From NCBI GenBank assembly GCA_001797495.1, contig MGPS01000004.1, forward strand, positions 1 to 51,291: a DNA stretch of 51,291 nucleotides, read 5' to 3'. Every line of letters starts with the position of its first letter. The stretch's first letter is position 1. Below are positions 19,460-30,362 of the stretch, piece after piece. The translations under genes and the position numbers were made by a program. Origin of the DNA: Deltaproteobacteria bacterium GWC2_42_11 (GTDB lineage: Bacteria; Desulfobacterota; GWC2-55-46; UBA9637; GWC2-42-11). A model generated the notes under the pieces. It was given only the letters and a program-made list of their open reading frames with translations, did not search any database and was not told where the DNA came from.

Positions 19460-19466
19460 TATTTTT

Positions 19467-20093
19467 TTGGATAAAAAAGTTATTGTTGTTGCAATAACAG
19501 GCGCAAGCGGCAGCATATACGGCTTAAGACTGGCAGATGAACTGCTTAAAAAAGGGGGAGATGTAAACCTTATCATCTCCCCTAATGGCTTTTTGGTTAT
19601 TAAACACGAAACAGGTTTAAATTTAGGTAAAAACAGGAAAGATGCCATTACAACCTTAAACAGATATTTCAAACGGTCAGAGAGCCGCCTGAAATATCAT
19701 CCTTACGACAACCTCCTCTCACCCCTTGCCAGCGGCTCATCCTCTAAAAAAGATATGATTATATGCCCGTGCTCTATGGGGACACTGGCAAGGATTGCCT
19801 GCGGAGTTTCAGGGAATCTTATTGAAAGGACAGCAGATGTGGTATTGAAAGAAAAAGGAAACCTTATTCTTGTGCCGCGCGAAACACCTTTAAACCAGAT
19901 ACACCTTGAAAATATGCTTAAACTATGTAAAATGGGCGCACACATAATCCCTGCAATGCCAGGCTTCTACCATAAACCATGCAGCGTGGATGACATGATA
20001 AACTTTGTTGTAGGCAAAATACTGGATGCTATGGGGATAGAAAATAATCTCTACAAAAGATGGGGGAAAGTTTCTAGTAGGGGCAATTCATGA
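19467..20093 (+). CDS. ubiX: Flavin prenyltransferase UbiX
   Basis: ITGASG, ASGS, PCSMGTL, LVPRETP and PGFYHKP motifs. Confidence 0.95.
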   Translation: MDKKVIVVAITGASGSIYGLRLADELLKKGGDVNLIISPNGFLVIKHETGLNLGKNRKDAITTLNRYFKRSESRLKYHPYDNLLSPLASGSSSKKDMIICPCSMGTLARIACGVSGNLIERTADVVLKEKGNLILVPRETPLNQIHLENMLKLCKMGAHIIPAMPGFYHKPCSVDDMINFVVGKILDAMGIENNLYKRWGKVSSRGNS

Positions 20094-20104
20094 ATTGCCC
20101 CTAC
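20077..20104. repeat. GTAG-family REP-like perfect 28-bp palindrome
   Basis: GTAGGGGCAATTCA|TGAATTGCCCCTAC; contains the ubiX stop codon. Confidence 0.85.
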
Positions 20105-20131
20105 AGTTTGCTAATTGTCCCTGCTAACTAA

Positions 20132-21430
<1,299 letters not shown>

Positions 21431-21435
21431 AATAT

Positions 21436-21524
21436 GGAGAGGTGGCCGAGCGGTTGAAGGCGGCGGTCTTGAAAACCGTTGTGGTGATGAGCCACCGGGG
21501 GTTCGAATCCCTCCCTCTCCGCCA
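21436..21524 (+). tRNA. tRNA-Ser(TGA)
   Basis: GGAGAGG acceptor stem, CT-TGA-AA anticodon loop, long variable arm, GGTTCGAATCC, encoded CCA. Confidence 0.97.
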
Positions 21525-21605
21525 ATCAGAAAATTGGGGGGGGATTGGAATTTTTTATCTTTGTTCCGCTACTGCGGGGGGTGGCCAAAAGCGGGCTTCT
21601 CATTT

Positions 21606-22091
21606 TCAATAACCTCTGAGAACAGATATAGCCCCGCTCAACAGCAATACTGATAAGCCTAATGTAAAATTCACCTTAACCAAGTTAAGGGACAATTTTT
21701 GTAAACCTGCCTTTTCAGTCTCTGATACTGTTCTCGTAATCTTGGGAGATAAGACCAAGCCCCTGTAGAAATGAATCGCGGCCATGCTGAAAACCAAAAT
21801 CAACTTCAGGATTAAAGCCGTGGTCCAATTGTTTTCAAAACCCCTAATCCCTGAAAATTGTTTGTTTAGCCCCGCTAACACAATTCCGGTGATAACCAGA
21901 AACATAATGCTATAGTTTGCCAATGGAGTGAATCTTTTCGAAATATCTCCCATAAGTTTAGCTGATTCTGCCCCCAAAACTTGCTTGGATGATGGTATTG
22001 CGATAAAAAGAATGAAGGTAATCCCTCCAACCCATATAACTGTAGCAATCAGATGCAGCCAGTAGCAAGTTATCAATATCAACTCTTTCAT
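21606..22091 (-). CDS. Four-TM membrane protein (CopD/DUF4149-like)
   Basis: WLHLIATVIWVGG, ITG, LKLILV...H pattern. Start set to ATG 22091 after AGGAGG. Confidence 0.8.
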   Translation of the reverse strand: MKELILITCYWLHLIATVIWVGGITFILFIAIPSSKQVLGAESAKLMGDISKRFTPLANYSIMFLVITGIVLAGLNKQFSGIRGFENNWTTALILKLILVFSMAAIHFYRGLVLSPKITRTVSETEKAGLQKLSLNLVKVNFTLGLSVLLLSGAISVLRGY

Positions 22092-22155
22092 CTTATCCTC
22101 CTTATAATTTAAGTTGCGGTGGCGGATTGAATACAACCCGCCACCTTGATTTTAC

Positions 22156-22272
22156 CTATTTTGTCTTAATAGGCGGGATGCAACCGCAACCGCAGGAACT
22201 CTTTGTCTGGGTCTTGATTCCAGGCTTCTTTTCTTTGGGCTTTTCTTTTTGTTCTTTGGTGTCTTTCGCCAT
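22156..22272 (-). CDS. 38-aa Lys-rich mini-protein with CGCGC motif
   Basis: MAKDTKEQKEKPKEKKPGIKTQTKSSCGCGCIPPIKTK*, with strong RBS AGGAGGTG. Below the ORF-track length cutoff. Confidence 0.8.
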   Translation of the reverse strand: MAKDTKEQKEKPKEKKPGIKTQTKSSCGCGCIPPIKTK

Positions 22273-22335
22273 TATTGTCACCTCCTTTCTGTTTAAGTTA
22301 ATGCGTACTTACTTATACGCTTAAGCAAAAAAATA

Positions 22336-22656
22336 TCAACCCTTCTTTGCTCTTAAATTTTTCTCTGTGACTGTCTGTTGACCCAAACAACCACAGGTGC
22401 AGATGAGGTTAAGTCTTTGACGGCACTTCTCAAGTGTATCCCGGTTTAAAGAATAATATATCCAATATCCCTGCCGTTCGTCTTTGACAAGACCTGCACC
22501 TTTAAGAATCCGTAAATGTTGGGATACAGCAGACTGGGTTATCTTCAATGCTTCAGCTAAAGCATTAACGCTCACAGGCTCTTTTTTCAGGAGTTCAATA
22601 ATCTCTATCCGTTTATCAACAGAGAGTATTTTGAATAGTTCCGCTGATTCTTTCAT
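22336..22656 (-). CDS. ArsR/SmtB family transcriptional regulator
   Basis: FKILS..RIEII, ITQSAVSQHLRIL, ERQGYWIYYSL, C-terminal CTCGC. Confidence 0.93.
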   Translation of the reverse strand: MKESAELFKILSVDKRIEIIELLKKEPVSVNALAEALKITQSAVSQHLRILKGAGLVKDERQGYWIYYSLNRDTLEKCRQRLNLICTCGCLGQQTVTEKNLRAKKG

Positions 22657-22678
22657 GCTTTCCCTCGGTTTAACTTAT

Positions 22679-22719
22679 AAGTATATGCTAATATACTTTA
22701 ATGAGATTTGGGTTGTCAA
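22679..22719 (-). promoter_or_regulatory. arsR promoter with overlapping operator inverted repeat
   Basis: TTGACA (22719-22714)-18 bp-TATATT; perfect IR AAGTATAT-GCTA-ATATACTT (22679-22698) over the -10 box. Confidence 0.65.
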
Positions 22720-22839
22720 GTACTTTGTTTTGGGCAAAAAGCCTTTACCCAAGCGGTAGATTTTGCTACTATAAAAAAAATTTGCCGTCAAAGAAAAAAT
22801 TTGATAATATACGAACTCTTGAAATTGCCCAATAGACAG

Positions 22840-22931
<92 letters not shown>

Positions 22932-23276
22932 GTTAGGAAATGGCTCGCCCTCTGCAAGTACACACCAGTCGATTTCCCCTTCAAAATGGAATTTTTTATC
23001 TTTCAAAATGAAGTTGAAGAACCCTGCAGCGATCGCCTTGACCCCACTCCAAGGAGCGGGGATTGCGGCAAGCATCCCGTTCAAGACGATATTTTTTAAA
23101 AGAGATGACTGTAAGAAGGCTGAAACTCGACATCTCTCCCTGGGTGTTTCATGCAGTCATTGTAGAAAATTTTTATATTTATTCGGCAAGAAAAGACTTG
23201 TGATGTGAAATCATATGTGTATTTCAAAAATTACAAGATTCAAACCCCTGTTTTTAGCCGGGGAATATGTCAATTT

Positions 23277-24272
23277 TTAAGGCTTAAATCTAGAAAGGGT
23301 TTCGTATAAGACAGGGTCATATTTTTCTATATGCCCGGCAAATGCATCTTCAAGGAGGAGACGGTTTAAACTTATGCGGTTCTTTTCATCAGGTGGTTTA
23401 TTAAGCAATTCTTTTGTTCCTTCTGACAATACTATGCCCTCAAAACGTTTTTTATCATATATACTCCCGCGTTTAAGGGCAGCATTTATTTCATTTATCA
23501 AATCCGCTGCCAGTCCTTCCGCTATCAATGTTTTGGCATAATATGCATTGATTACCCTTTTTTTCAGTTCCTCTGAAAACTGCTGCAGGAGATATGCAGA
23601 AACAGGCTTCTTTGTATCCATTAATAGATTAACTACGGCATTGAGGTCTTTAAAATCCCCTTTACTGAAAAGTGGTGAACCGTTCAGCATTTTTGAGAAT
23701 TCAAAAAAGAATTGATTTATTGCAGTCCCTGTCAATGAGTTGATAGTGTTATATTTTTGTTCTGCTGCCTGTTTCGGGTCTGAGGTGTCCAGAAAATACG
23801 GTTCTACAACCTGAACTATCACCTTTCTGGACAAGGTCTTCTGGATATTATTTGACTTAATAAAAAATGTTCCTGATATTCTTACTACCCAGTACGGCGG
23901 GGAACTCCCGCTGATTTCATACGAGAAACCATCAACCTGCATAGAAGCGGTTAAATCAAACTTATCCTTTGATACAGAAGATTCTTCAGGAAATATCTCA
24001 ACATATTCAAAGTGCCTGTCAAGTATATCCCTGTAATAGACCGGCATTATCCTGCCTGATGGAAATATATATTTTGTATCAGTCTGCATCCCCTCTTTTA
24101 AATCGCTTAGGGATTTCTTATCAACTACCAAAGCCACCCGCAGCGGATACCTTTTTTCAACTTCAATATTATTTAAGATTGTCTTGCCTGATACAACTAT
24201 TGTGCTGTTCTCCACGCATCCTGAAATTGAGAGGATAATGATAGAAATTATAACTTGTATAAACTTACCCAT
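23277..24272 (-). CDS. Hypothetical lipoprotein
   Basis: Lipobox (IIILSISG-C), 331-aa ORF, 4 bp downstream of the CHAT gene. Confidence 0.8.
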   Translation of the reverse strand: MGKFIQVIISIIILSISGCVENSTIVVSGKTILNNIEVEKRYPLRVALVVDKKSLSDLKEGMQTDTKYIFPSGRIMPVYYRDILDRHFEYVEIFPEESSVSKDKFDLTASMQVDGFSYEISGSSPPYWVVRISGTFFIKSNNIQKTLSRKVIVQVVEPYFLDTSDPKQAAEQKYNTINSLTGTAINQFFFEFSKMLNGSPLFSKGDFKDLNAVVNLLMDTKKPVSAYLLQQFSEELKKRVINAYYAKTLIAEGLAADLINEINAALKRGSIYDKKRFEGIVLSEGTKELLNKPPDEKNRISLNRLLLEDAFAGHIEKYDPVLYETLSRFKP

Positions 24273-24276
24273 GTGC

Positions 24277-27180
24277 CTACTTCCTTGTCCCGAATAGGTT
24301 AAATGCTGACCAGAAGAAAGGATGCTGGAACTGTTTCATTGTCTCAATCTGAGATTTCTGGAGCGATTTGCTCTTAGACATGCCTGCCAGATTCTTATAA
24401 AAAACGTCCATCAATACACTTGTAGCCCTGTCATCAACCCCCCAGAGGGAAGATATCATTGAACGGGTTCCGGCAAAAAAGATGCCCCTCTGCAGCCCTA
24501 TCAGTTCATCGCCGCTCTTGTTCTTGCTCAAACCGCTTTCGCATGCAGAAAGTGTAACCAGAGAGGCATTCCATCTCGTTGAGAAGAGTTCTGCAGCTGT
24601 CAGTGCACCACCTATTGTTTTATCTCCGCCTGTAAAAAGTATCCTTGAGTTGAGAGGGGTCTGCTCATCATATATGCCGTGTGCAGCAACATGAATGTAA
24701 TCATAATTGCTGCCGTTCTCCTTGACAAATGATTTTGCTGCCTTATCTCTTGTCAGAAGTGTTGAACCTGGTAAAAGTTTTGATACATTTACAGCCTCCT
24801 CCTCTGCAAACTTGAGGTCAAGGGTGGGGTTGCCTACAACCAAAGCCTTTTTATTACCAATAGAGTCTCTGCCTTCTGTCAATTTGAGTACAGTTATGCT
24901 AGGAGAATATGATATGGCAAATCTTTCAATCAGATATTGTCTTCCATCAAATAATGCCTGAAATGGTATGTAGTGCAGTACACCGTGGGGGACTATAATA
25001 AGTTCATCCCCTTTTATCCTGTCTTCAACAGGCTGTATCAGGAGGCTGTAAAAATATTTTAATAATTCACTGCCTTCGCCCCTGTTTGTTATATTTTCTC
25101 TCAATTTATCAACAGTTGCCCTAACCTCTCTGATATTAACCGGCACTGATGCAACACTTATATTCTCGCTGTTGACAATAAAACAATAAACCCTGTCACT
25201 CGTAAGATAGTATTCTAAAAGGGTAGTACCAGGCGGAACAATCTTTTTTATCTCATCAGATGCAATGGGCAGGACACTTGAAATGGACAGGATTTCAATA
25301 TCCTCCTTGTCAAGCGCAGGCTTGCTCATTAAACCTTTAATGGTAACACCCCTTGAAGACCTCTTTGCAAATTCATTTATCTGTTCAGAGGTTATATTCC
25401 TGTTGTTTAAGAAATCATCCTCTTCTTCCTGTGCTGTAATGATATTGCTGTATCTATCTGTCTGCTCTCTGCTCTTGAGATTGAGGCGGGTATTCCCGAG
25501 TATATCCACAAAAGCCCTTGACTTTGAACGTTCCACATATTCAAGAGCAGTGTCAGGCTTATTAAGAGATACAAGGAGACTTATTATCCTTTCATGCAAT
25601 TCTGTCTTTGTCTCAAAGAATATTATTCTCTGCTGTTCTGTCAGTATGGATGAACGTTGCTGTTCTATTATGCTGGATGCCTCTGCATAATGCGTAAATG
25701 CCTTGTCTTTTAAACCTTCTGCTTCGTATGCCTTCCCGAGTTCAAAGAAATAATCTGCCATCTCAAATCTGTCCAGATAACGGTTTAGTTTAAGGTAGTA
25801 TGCGGTCAGTTGTATTGATAATTCATCTTTCAGGCGAATAAGGTTTTGTTCTGTTCGTATGGCAACTGATGACTGTCTGGCATAAGCAATCATTTCTATA
25901 TGCATTCTTGATATTTCAAAGGATTTCTGCATTATCTGTTTTATCATCTGGGCAGGAGAAGATTTTTTTGATGGCGCCCTTTTAGGACCATCTTCGTCAT
26001 CTTCAAACATCTCTGGTTCAGACTCCCGCACAGTCTGCTGTTTTTCTTCCAGATATTTAATCTCTTCCTGAGATTCCTTGTTGACCTTTGCCACGAGGTT
26101 TCTTCTCTCATTATCAGCATCCACACCCAATCTGTCCAGTTCATCTATACCTGCTAAAAATTCTTCCATGTGTTTTATGCCTTGTTTGCTGCTGCCGAGT
26201 TTGATGTATGAGATACCAAGCCAGTAGTGGAGAAGATTTACTGAATTCAGGCTGCTTATGGATTTTACAGGTATTCTTTCTAATGCCTTTTCTCCATATT
26301 TAATAATTTTTTTAAGGTAATTTATGTCGTTTGTGCTGCGAAAATCCCTGTAAGCCTCAGCAGCAAGGATGCGGTTTGCATTGAATTCATCATAAACGCC
26401 TGTCTGTTTTGCAAACGAATGCAGGTGGTCTAAAAGTTTTATGCTGCTGCTATCCTCTTTAACTGCCTGCATGTCTGGCCTGTTTTCTATGCCGAGTTTG
26501 AGTTTAAGGAAGTCTTTCCTCGCTTTAATCCTTGCTCCAACACCTTCAAAATCCAGTAACCGTATCTGGCTTATAAGAGACTGGGAGATTTTTATGTCCT
26601 TATTATTAAGATGGGCAAAATAGTAGAGGAGGCGCCTCTGGTTGTAATAATCAGAAACAGGAGACTGATTAATGCCTGTCTTCCGTATCTTTTCAAAAAT
26701 CCTTTCTGCCTTATCATTATATTCCTGTGCCCTTCTGAAATCAGAAACACCATATGTGTATATGTCAGCAATATCGTCAAGGATAAATAATTTGCCTTCT
26801 ATATCATAATCTTCATACTCAGGGGTGAGTTGACGCCTTTTAAGAAAGTCTTTTACAGGGTCTTTTGAACCTTTTTCGGCAAACTGCTGTGTTATTATTG
26901 TTTTCTCTGTTTCAGTAAGGTCTATCCCGGACTTTGCCCATATCTCCATTATCTGGATTGCGGCTAATTCCTTTTTTAATAAAGAGAGTAACTGCTCATA
27001 ATTCTTGCCTCTTTCAAGATGATAGGTGTAAGAAAATGATTCTGAAGGACCGAGACGCGGGAAGTTTAAATTATTAATATCTGCCTTATGATTCTGGGCA
27101 GATGAATAACCTGCTGTCAAAACCAGCGCTGAAATCAAAAGACATAAGACAAAAGATTTCTTCATATCCATATCTGTCAA
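24277..27180 (-). CDS. Exported TPR-like/CHAT (caspase-family) protease
   Basis: Signal peptide MKKSFVLCLLISALVLTAGYSSA; ERSKSRAFVD; IVPHGVLHYIPFQAL; catalytic HVAAHG and LSACESG; SLWGVDD; HPFFWSAF. True start may be ATG 27171 or 27165. Confidence 0.92.
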   Translation of the reverse strand: MTDMDMKKSFVLCLLISALVLTAGYSSAQNHKADINNLNFPRLGPSESFSYTYHLERGKNYEQLLSLLKKELAAIQIMEIWAKSGIDLTETEKTIITQQFAEKGSKDPVKDFLKRRQLTPEYEDYDIEGKLFILDDIADIYTYGVSDFRRAQEYNDKAERIFEKIRKTGINQSPVSDYYNQRRLLYYFAHLNNKDIKISQSLISQIRLLDFEGVGARIKARKDFLKLKLGIENRPDMQAVKEDSSSIKLLDHLHSFAKQTGVYDEFNANRILAAEAYRDFRSTNDINYLKKIIKYGEKALERIPVKSISSLNSVNLLHYWLGISYIKLGSSKQGIKHMEEFLAGIDELDRLGVDADNERRNLVAKVNKESQEEIKYLEEKQQTVRESEPEMFEDDEDGPKRAPSKKSSPAQMIKQIMQKSFEISRMHIEMIAYARQSSVAIRTEQNLIRLKDELSIQLTAYYLKLNRYLDRFEMADYFFELGKAYEAEGLKDKAFTHYAEASSIIEQQRSSILTEQQRIIFFETKTELHERIISLLVSLNKPDTALEYVERSKSRAFVDILGNTRLNLKSREQTDRYSNIITAQEEEDDFLNNRNITSEQINEFAKRSSRGVTIKGLMSKPALDKEDIEILSISSVLPIASDEIKKIVPPGTTLLEYYLTSDRVYCFIVNSENISVASVPVNIREVRATVDKLRENITNRGEGSELLKYFYSLLIQPVEDRIKGDELIIVPHGVLHYIPFQALFDGRQYLIERFAISYSPSITVLKLTEGRDSIGNKKALVVGNPTLDLKFAEEEAVNVSKLLPGSTLLTRDKAAKSFVKENGSNYDYIHVAAHGIYDEQTPLNSRILFTGGDKTIGGALTAAELFSTRWNASLVTLSACESGLSKNKSGDELIGLQRGIFFAGTRSMISSLWGVDDRATSVLMDVFYKNLAGMSKSKSLQKSQIETMKQFQHPFFWSAFNLFGTRK

Positions 27181-27986
27181 ATACGGTCAATAATCCCGAT
27201 AATATCAAGCATTGATGAATAAGATAATGCGGACAAAAGGCTTCTCTGCTGATGAAAGTCCCTGCCTGCACTGCCCACAACATGAATTGGCTGACTTACT
27301 GATAATTTTTCATTGAGGGTCGCAGATTTTTTTATTGGAAAGGTTTTAACTACCTCATAGGTTTTTCCGTCAATAATTTGTATGTTCAAATCTACAACTG
27401 CCTTATCATCTGAACAGTTAAAGCCTTTTACAGCACCGAATATAATATAATTAGTATTTTTTGGTATCTCACTGATGCTGCTGACAACCCTGATATCAAG
27501 TCCGTAGACCTTCTTAATAATCTTGATGCTGCTGGCTAATATTTCCTGATAATTAGCAGGCATAAAGACCCCTTCAAACTTAATATCTTTTGGCTTTGGA
27601 GAATAAAACTCCCCTGTAAAGACCCTTTCATGCGGCAGGAGTTTATCGGGAAGTTTGTCTGGCAGCGGCAGAAAATTAAGGACTGCTATCTTTGCCTTTT
27701 CAATCTTGGATGAAAATTTGATCTTTTCAACTGCCAGATTTGAAAGGTCATCATCGCTGTAAGATTTATCGAATGAAATAAAACAGGATATAAAAAAGAT
27801 TAGAGAAGATGCAAAAGAGGCAAATTTTCTTGCATTGCCCCGAAAATATCTTTTTGCTATTGCTGTCTGTCCCGCTGGCAAAGCGTTTGGATGGGAGGCT
27901 TTTAGAGGCCACGGGTTTACAGGCGGGACAGGCAGCAACAAGATTTTCATGCCTTTTTGTGCGCCAATGGCTCGTGAGGGTTTCAT
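27177..27986 (-). CDS. Hypothetical exported protein, CsgG/TolB-N-like fold suspected
   Basis: Hydrophobic N-terminal segment, then KIAVLNF...YIIFGAV...VDLNIQIIDGKTYEVV. Its stop overlaps the CHAT start. Start codon uncertain (27986 or 27950). Confidence 0.65.
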   Translation of the reverse strand: MKPSRAIGAQKGMKILLLPVPPVNPWPLKASHPNALPAGQTAIAKRYFRGNARKFASFASSLIFFISCFISFDKSYSDDDLSNLAVEKIKFSSKIEKAKIAVLNFLPLPDKLPDKLLPHERVFTGEFYSPKPKDIKFEGVFMPANYQEILASSIKIIKKVYGLDIRVVSSISEIPKNTNYIIFGAVKGFNCSDDKAVVDLNIQIIDGKTYEVVKTFPIKKSATLNEKLSVSQPIHVVGSAGRDFHQQRSLLSALSYSSMLDIIGIIDRI

Positions 27987-28165
27987 ATAAATACGGAGTT
28001 TTTTGTCAATTAGATGCCAGCCACCGCAATAATAAACTAACACTTATATGGTTTTCAACAAAAATCTTTATGGTTAACAAAGAATACTTCCTCCTGATTT
28101 TTTCCTCTTGCAAGGGTTGGCATAACAGATGTATAGTTGGTGTCAAGCATCTCTTAAATATAGCA

Positions 28166-30355
28166 ATGGGCAAGGCTTCCAAGAAAAAGAGATTAAAAAC
28201 CTCCACTCCACCACAAGAGATATCAGATAATAATATCAGCACCGGTATTTTATCAAAACCCTTCCTGCACATCTTTTTTATAATAACACTTGGTATTCTA
28301 ATATATTCAAACACCTTTAAAGCGCCTTTTGTCTTTGATGACATCAGTATGTATATTGTGGAGAATCCTGCCATCAAAGATTTCAAATATTTTCTGGATG
28401 CCTCAAGATTAGATGAGACTTCTGTTGACAAGGGTTTTAGGGAACAGTTTAAAAACCGAATAGTTGCACATCTCACTCTTGCCATAAACTATAAACTTCA
28501 TGGATTGAATGTTATAGGCTATCACATCTTTAATCTGGCAGTTCACATTATTAACGCGCTCCTTGTTTACTATCTTGTGAGCCTTACATTCAAAGCCCAT
28601 TTTTTTAAAGACCGTCGCCCTGCAGCCTTTTCTGATGCACAATATAGAGGTATGTTCGCACTTTTCTGCAGCCTCTTATTTGTATCCCACCCTCTGCAGA
28701 CTCAGGCTGTAACCTATATCAGCCAGAGGCTTGCATCCCTTGCTGCACTGTTTTACCTGTTTTCGCTTGTTCTGTACATCAAGTCAAGGCTTTCAGAATC
28801 CGGCGGCAGGCGATACGGATACTATCTTTTGTCCATCCTTGCAGCAGTATCGGCGGTAAAAACAAAGGAGATTTCTTTTACACTCCCTCTGGTCATTACT
28901 ATTTATGAGTTGATGTTTCTTGAAAGCAGTACAAAGAAAAAACTCTTTTATCTGATTCCATTTTATCTTGTAATTGTCCTGATACCCTTGAGCCTTATCA
29001 GGACTGACAGTTATTCATTTGAAAGTATCATCAGCAGTATGGGGCAAAAATCCAAAGACCCTGATGCAATACCCAGGCTGGCTTATCTCTTTACACAGTT
29101 CAGGGTTATTGTGACATATATAAGACTATTTTTTATCCCTGTAGACCAGAACCTTGACTATGATTTTCCTGTATACAGTTCATTTTTAACCCCTGAGGTA
29201 TTCCTGTCTTTCCTATTCCTTTTTTTGATATTTACTTCTGGTGCATGCCTCTTTTATTGTTCAAGATATACATATAATGCCAAGAGATATGGATACAGGC
29301 TGATATCATTCGGCATATTTTATTTTTTTATAACATTATCCACTGAATCGAGCATTATCCCCCTGAGAGATGTTATATTTGAGCATAGGGTCTATCTGCC
29401 TTCAGCAGGTCTTATTATTGCAGTTGCAGCAAGTGTATTTGTGATTACAGGCAGTGACAAAAACAAGACAACTGAAAAGGCAATGACAGCGGTACTGTTG
29501 CTTATAATATTGGCATTTTCAGTTGCGGCATATGCAAGGAATTCTGTCTGGAAGGAACAGATAGCATTATGGGGAGATACAGCCAAAAAGAGTCCGTTAA
29601 AGGCAAGGCCGCATTACAATTTAGGGGTAGCATATGCTGAAAAAAAACAATTTGAAGATGCTGTAAAGGAATATCTAATGGCAATACAGATAGACCCGAA
29701 TTATTATTTAGCGCATAATAATCTGGGTTTCATATACGATAAGCAGTCTAAATTAGAAGATGCTGTTAAACATTATGCAATTGCAATAAAGATAAAGCCT
29801 GATTTTGCTGAGGCGCATAACGGTTTTGGTTTGGCATACGAAAAGCAGTCCCGTTTTGAAGAGGCTGTTAAGGAATTTTCAGAGGCAATAGGGATAAAAC
29901 CCGATTATCACGAAGCACACTATAATCTGGGCAATGTATATGCAAAACAGGGGCGCACAGGAGAAGCCGTTAAGGAGTATTTGGAGGCAGTAAGGATAAA
30001 GCCTGATTATACAAAGGCATACAACAATCTGGGTGTTGTTTACAGCAAGGATGGAAGGTTTGATGAGGCTATTGAGGCATTCAGGAACGCCTCAAGGTTT
30101 CAGCCTGATGATTTTTCTCTGCATTACAACCTTGGCAAGTTGTATATTATGAGCAGCCGTTTTGATGAGGCAATAACCGAATATCTTGCAGGCATAAAAC
30201 TCAAGCCTGACTTCGCAGAATTATATAATGACCTGGGTGTAAGTTATCTTAAAAAGGGGCAGGCAGAAAAGGCTTCTGATGCATTCAAAACCGCCTTAAA
30301 ACTCAACCCTGATTTTGCAGAGGCTGTCAGAAACCTTGAAGGCATAAACAGATAG
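28166..30355 (+). CDS. TMTC-like multi-TM (GT-C) protein with C-terminal TPRs
   Basis: FVFDD..IVENP, HPLQTQAV.YISQR, KE, EHRVYLPS and RNSVW motifs, then about 7 TPRs. Start placed at ATG 28166. Confidence 0.88.
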   Translation: MGKASKKKRLKTSTPPQEISDNNISTGILSKPFLHIFFIITLGILIYSNTFKAPFVFDDISMYIVENPAIKDFKYFLDASRLDETSVDKGFREQFKNRIVAHLTLAINYKLHGLNVIGYHIFNLAVHIINALLVYYLVSLTFKAHFFKDRRPAAFSDAQYRGMFALFCSLLFVSHPLQTQAVTYISQRLASLAALFYLFSLVLYIKSRLSESGGRRYGYYLLSILAAVSAVKTKEISFTLPLVITIYELMFLESSTKKKLFYLIPFYLVIVLIPLSLIRTDSYSFESIISSMGQKSKDPDAIPRLAYLFTQFRVIVTYIRLFFIPVDQNLDYDFPVYSSFLTPEVFLSFLFLFLIFTSGACLFYCSRYTYNAKRYGYRLISFGIFYFFITLSTESSIIPLRDVIFEHRVYLPSAGLIIAVAASVFVITGSDKNKTTEKAMTAVLLLIILAFSVAAYARNSVWKEQIALWGDTAKKSPLKARPHYNLGVAYAEKKQFEDAVKEYLMAIQIDPNYYLAHNNLGFIYDKQSKLEDAVKHYAIAIKIKPDFAEAHNGFGLAYEKQSRFEEAVKEFSEAIGIKPDYHEAHYNLGNVYAKQGRTGEAVKEYLEAVRIKPDYTKAYNNLGVVYSKDGRFDEAIEAFRNASRFQPDDFSLHYNLGKLYIMSSRFDEAITEYLAGIKLKPDFAELYNDLGVSYLKKGQAEKASDAFKTALKLNPDFAEAVRNLEGINR

Positions 30356-30362
30356 ATTTCTC

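Noticed and set aside
21436-21524. Selenocysteine or suppressor tRNA
   Set aside because: Anticodon TGA reads the UCA Ser codon; tRNA-Sec would have TCA and an 8-bp acceptor stem.
24277-27180. CHAT protein as a Craspase (type III-E CRISPR) component
   Set aside because: No gRAMP/Cas7-11, csx30/csx31 or array nearby, and the protein has a signal peptide.
28118-28133. sigma54 promoter upstream of the TPR gene (TGGCATAACAGATGTA)
   Set aside because: The -12 element lacks the conserved GC dinucleotide.
27809-28165. N-terminal extension of the 848-aa ORF overlapping the divergent gene
   Set aside because: No recognisable protein character; the family-like sequence begins at ATG 28166.
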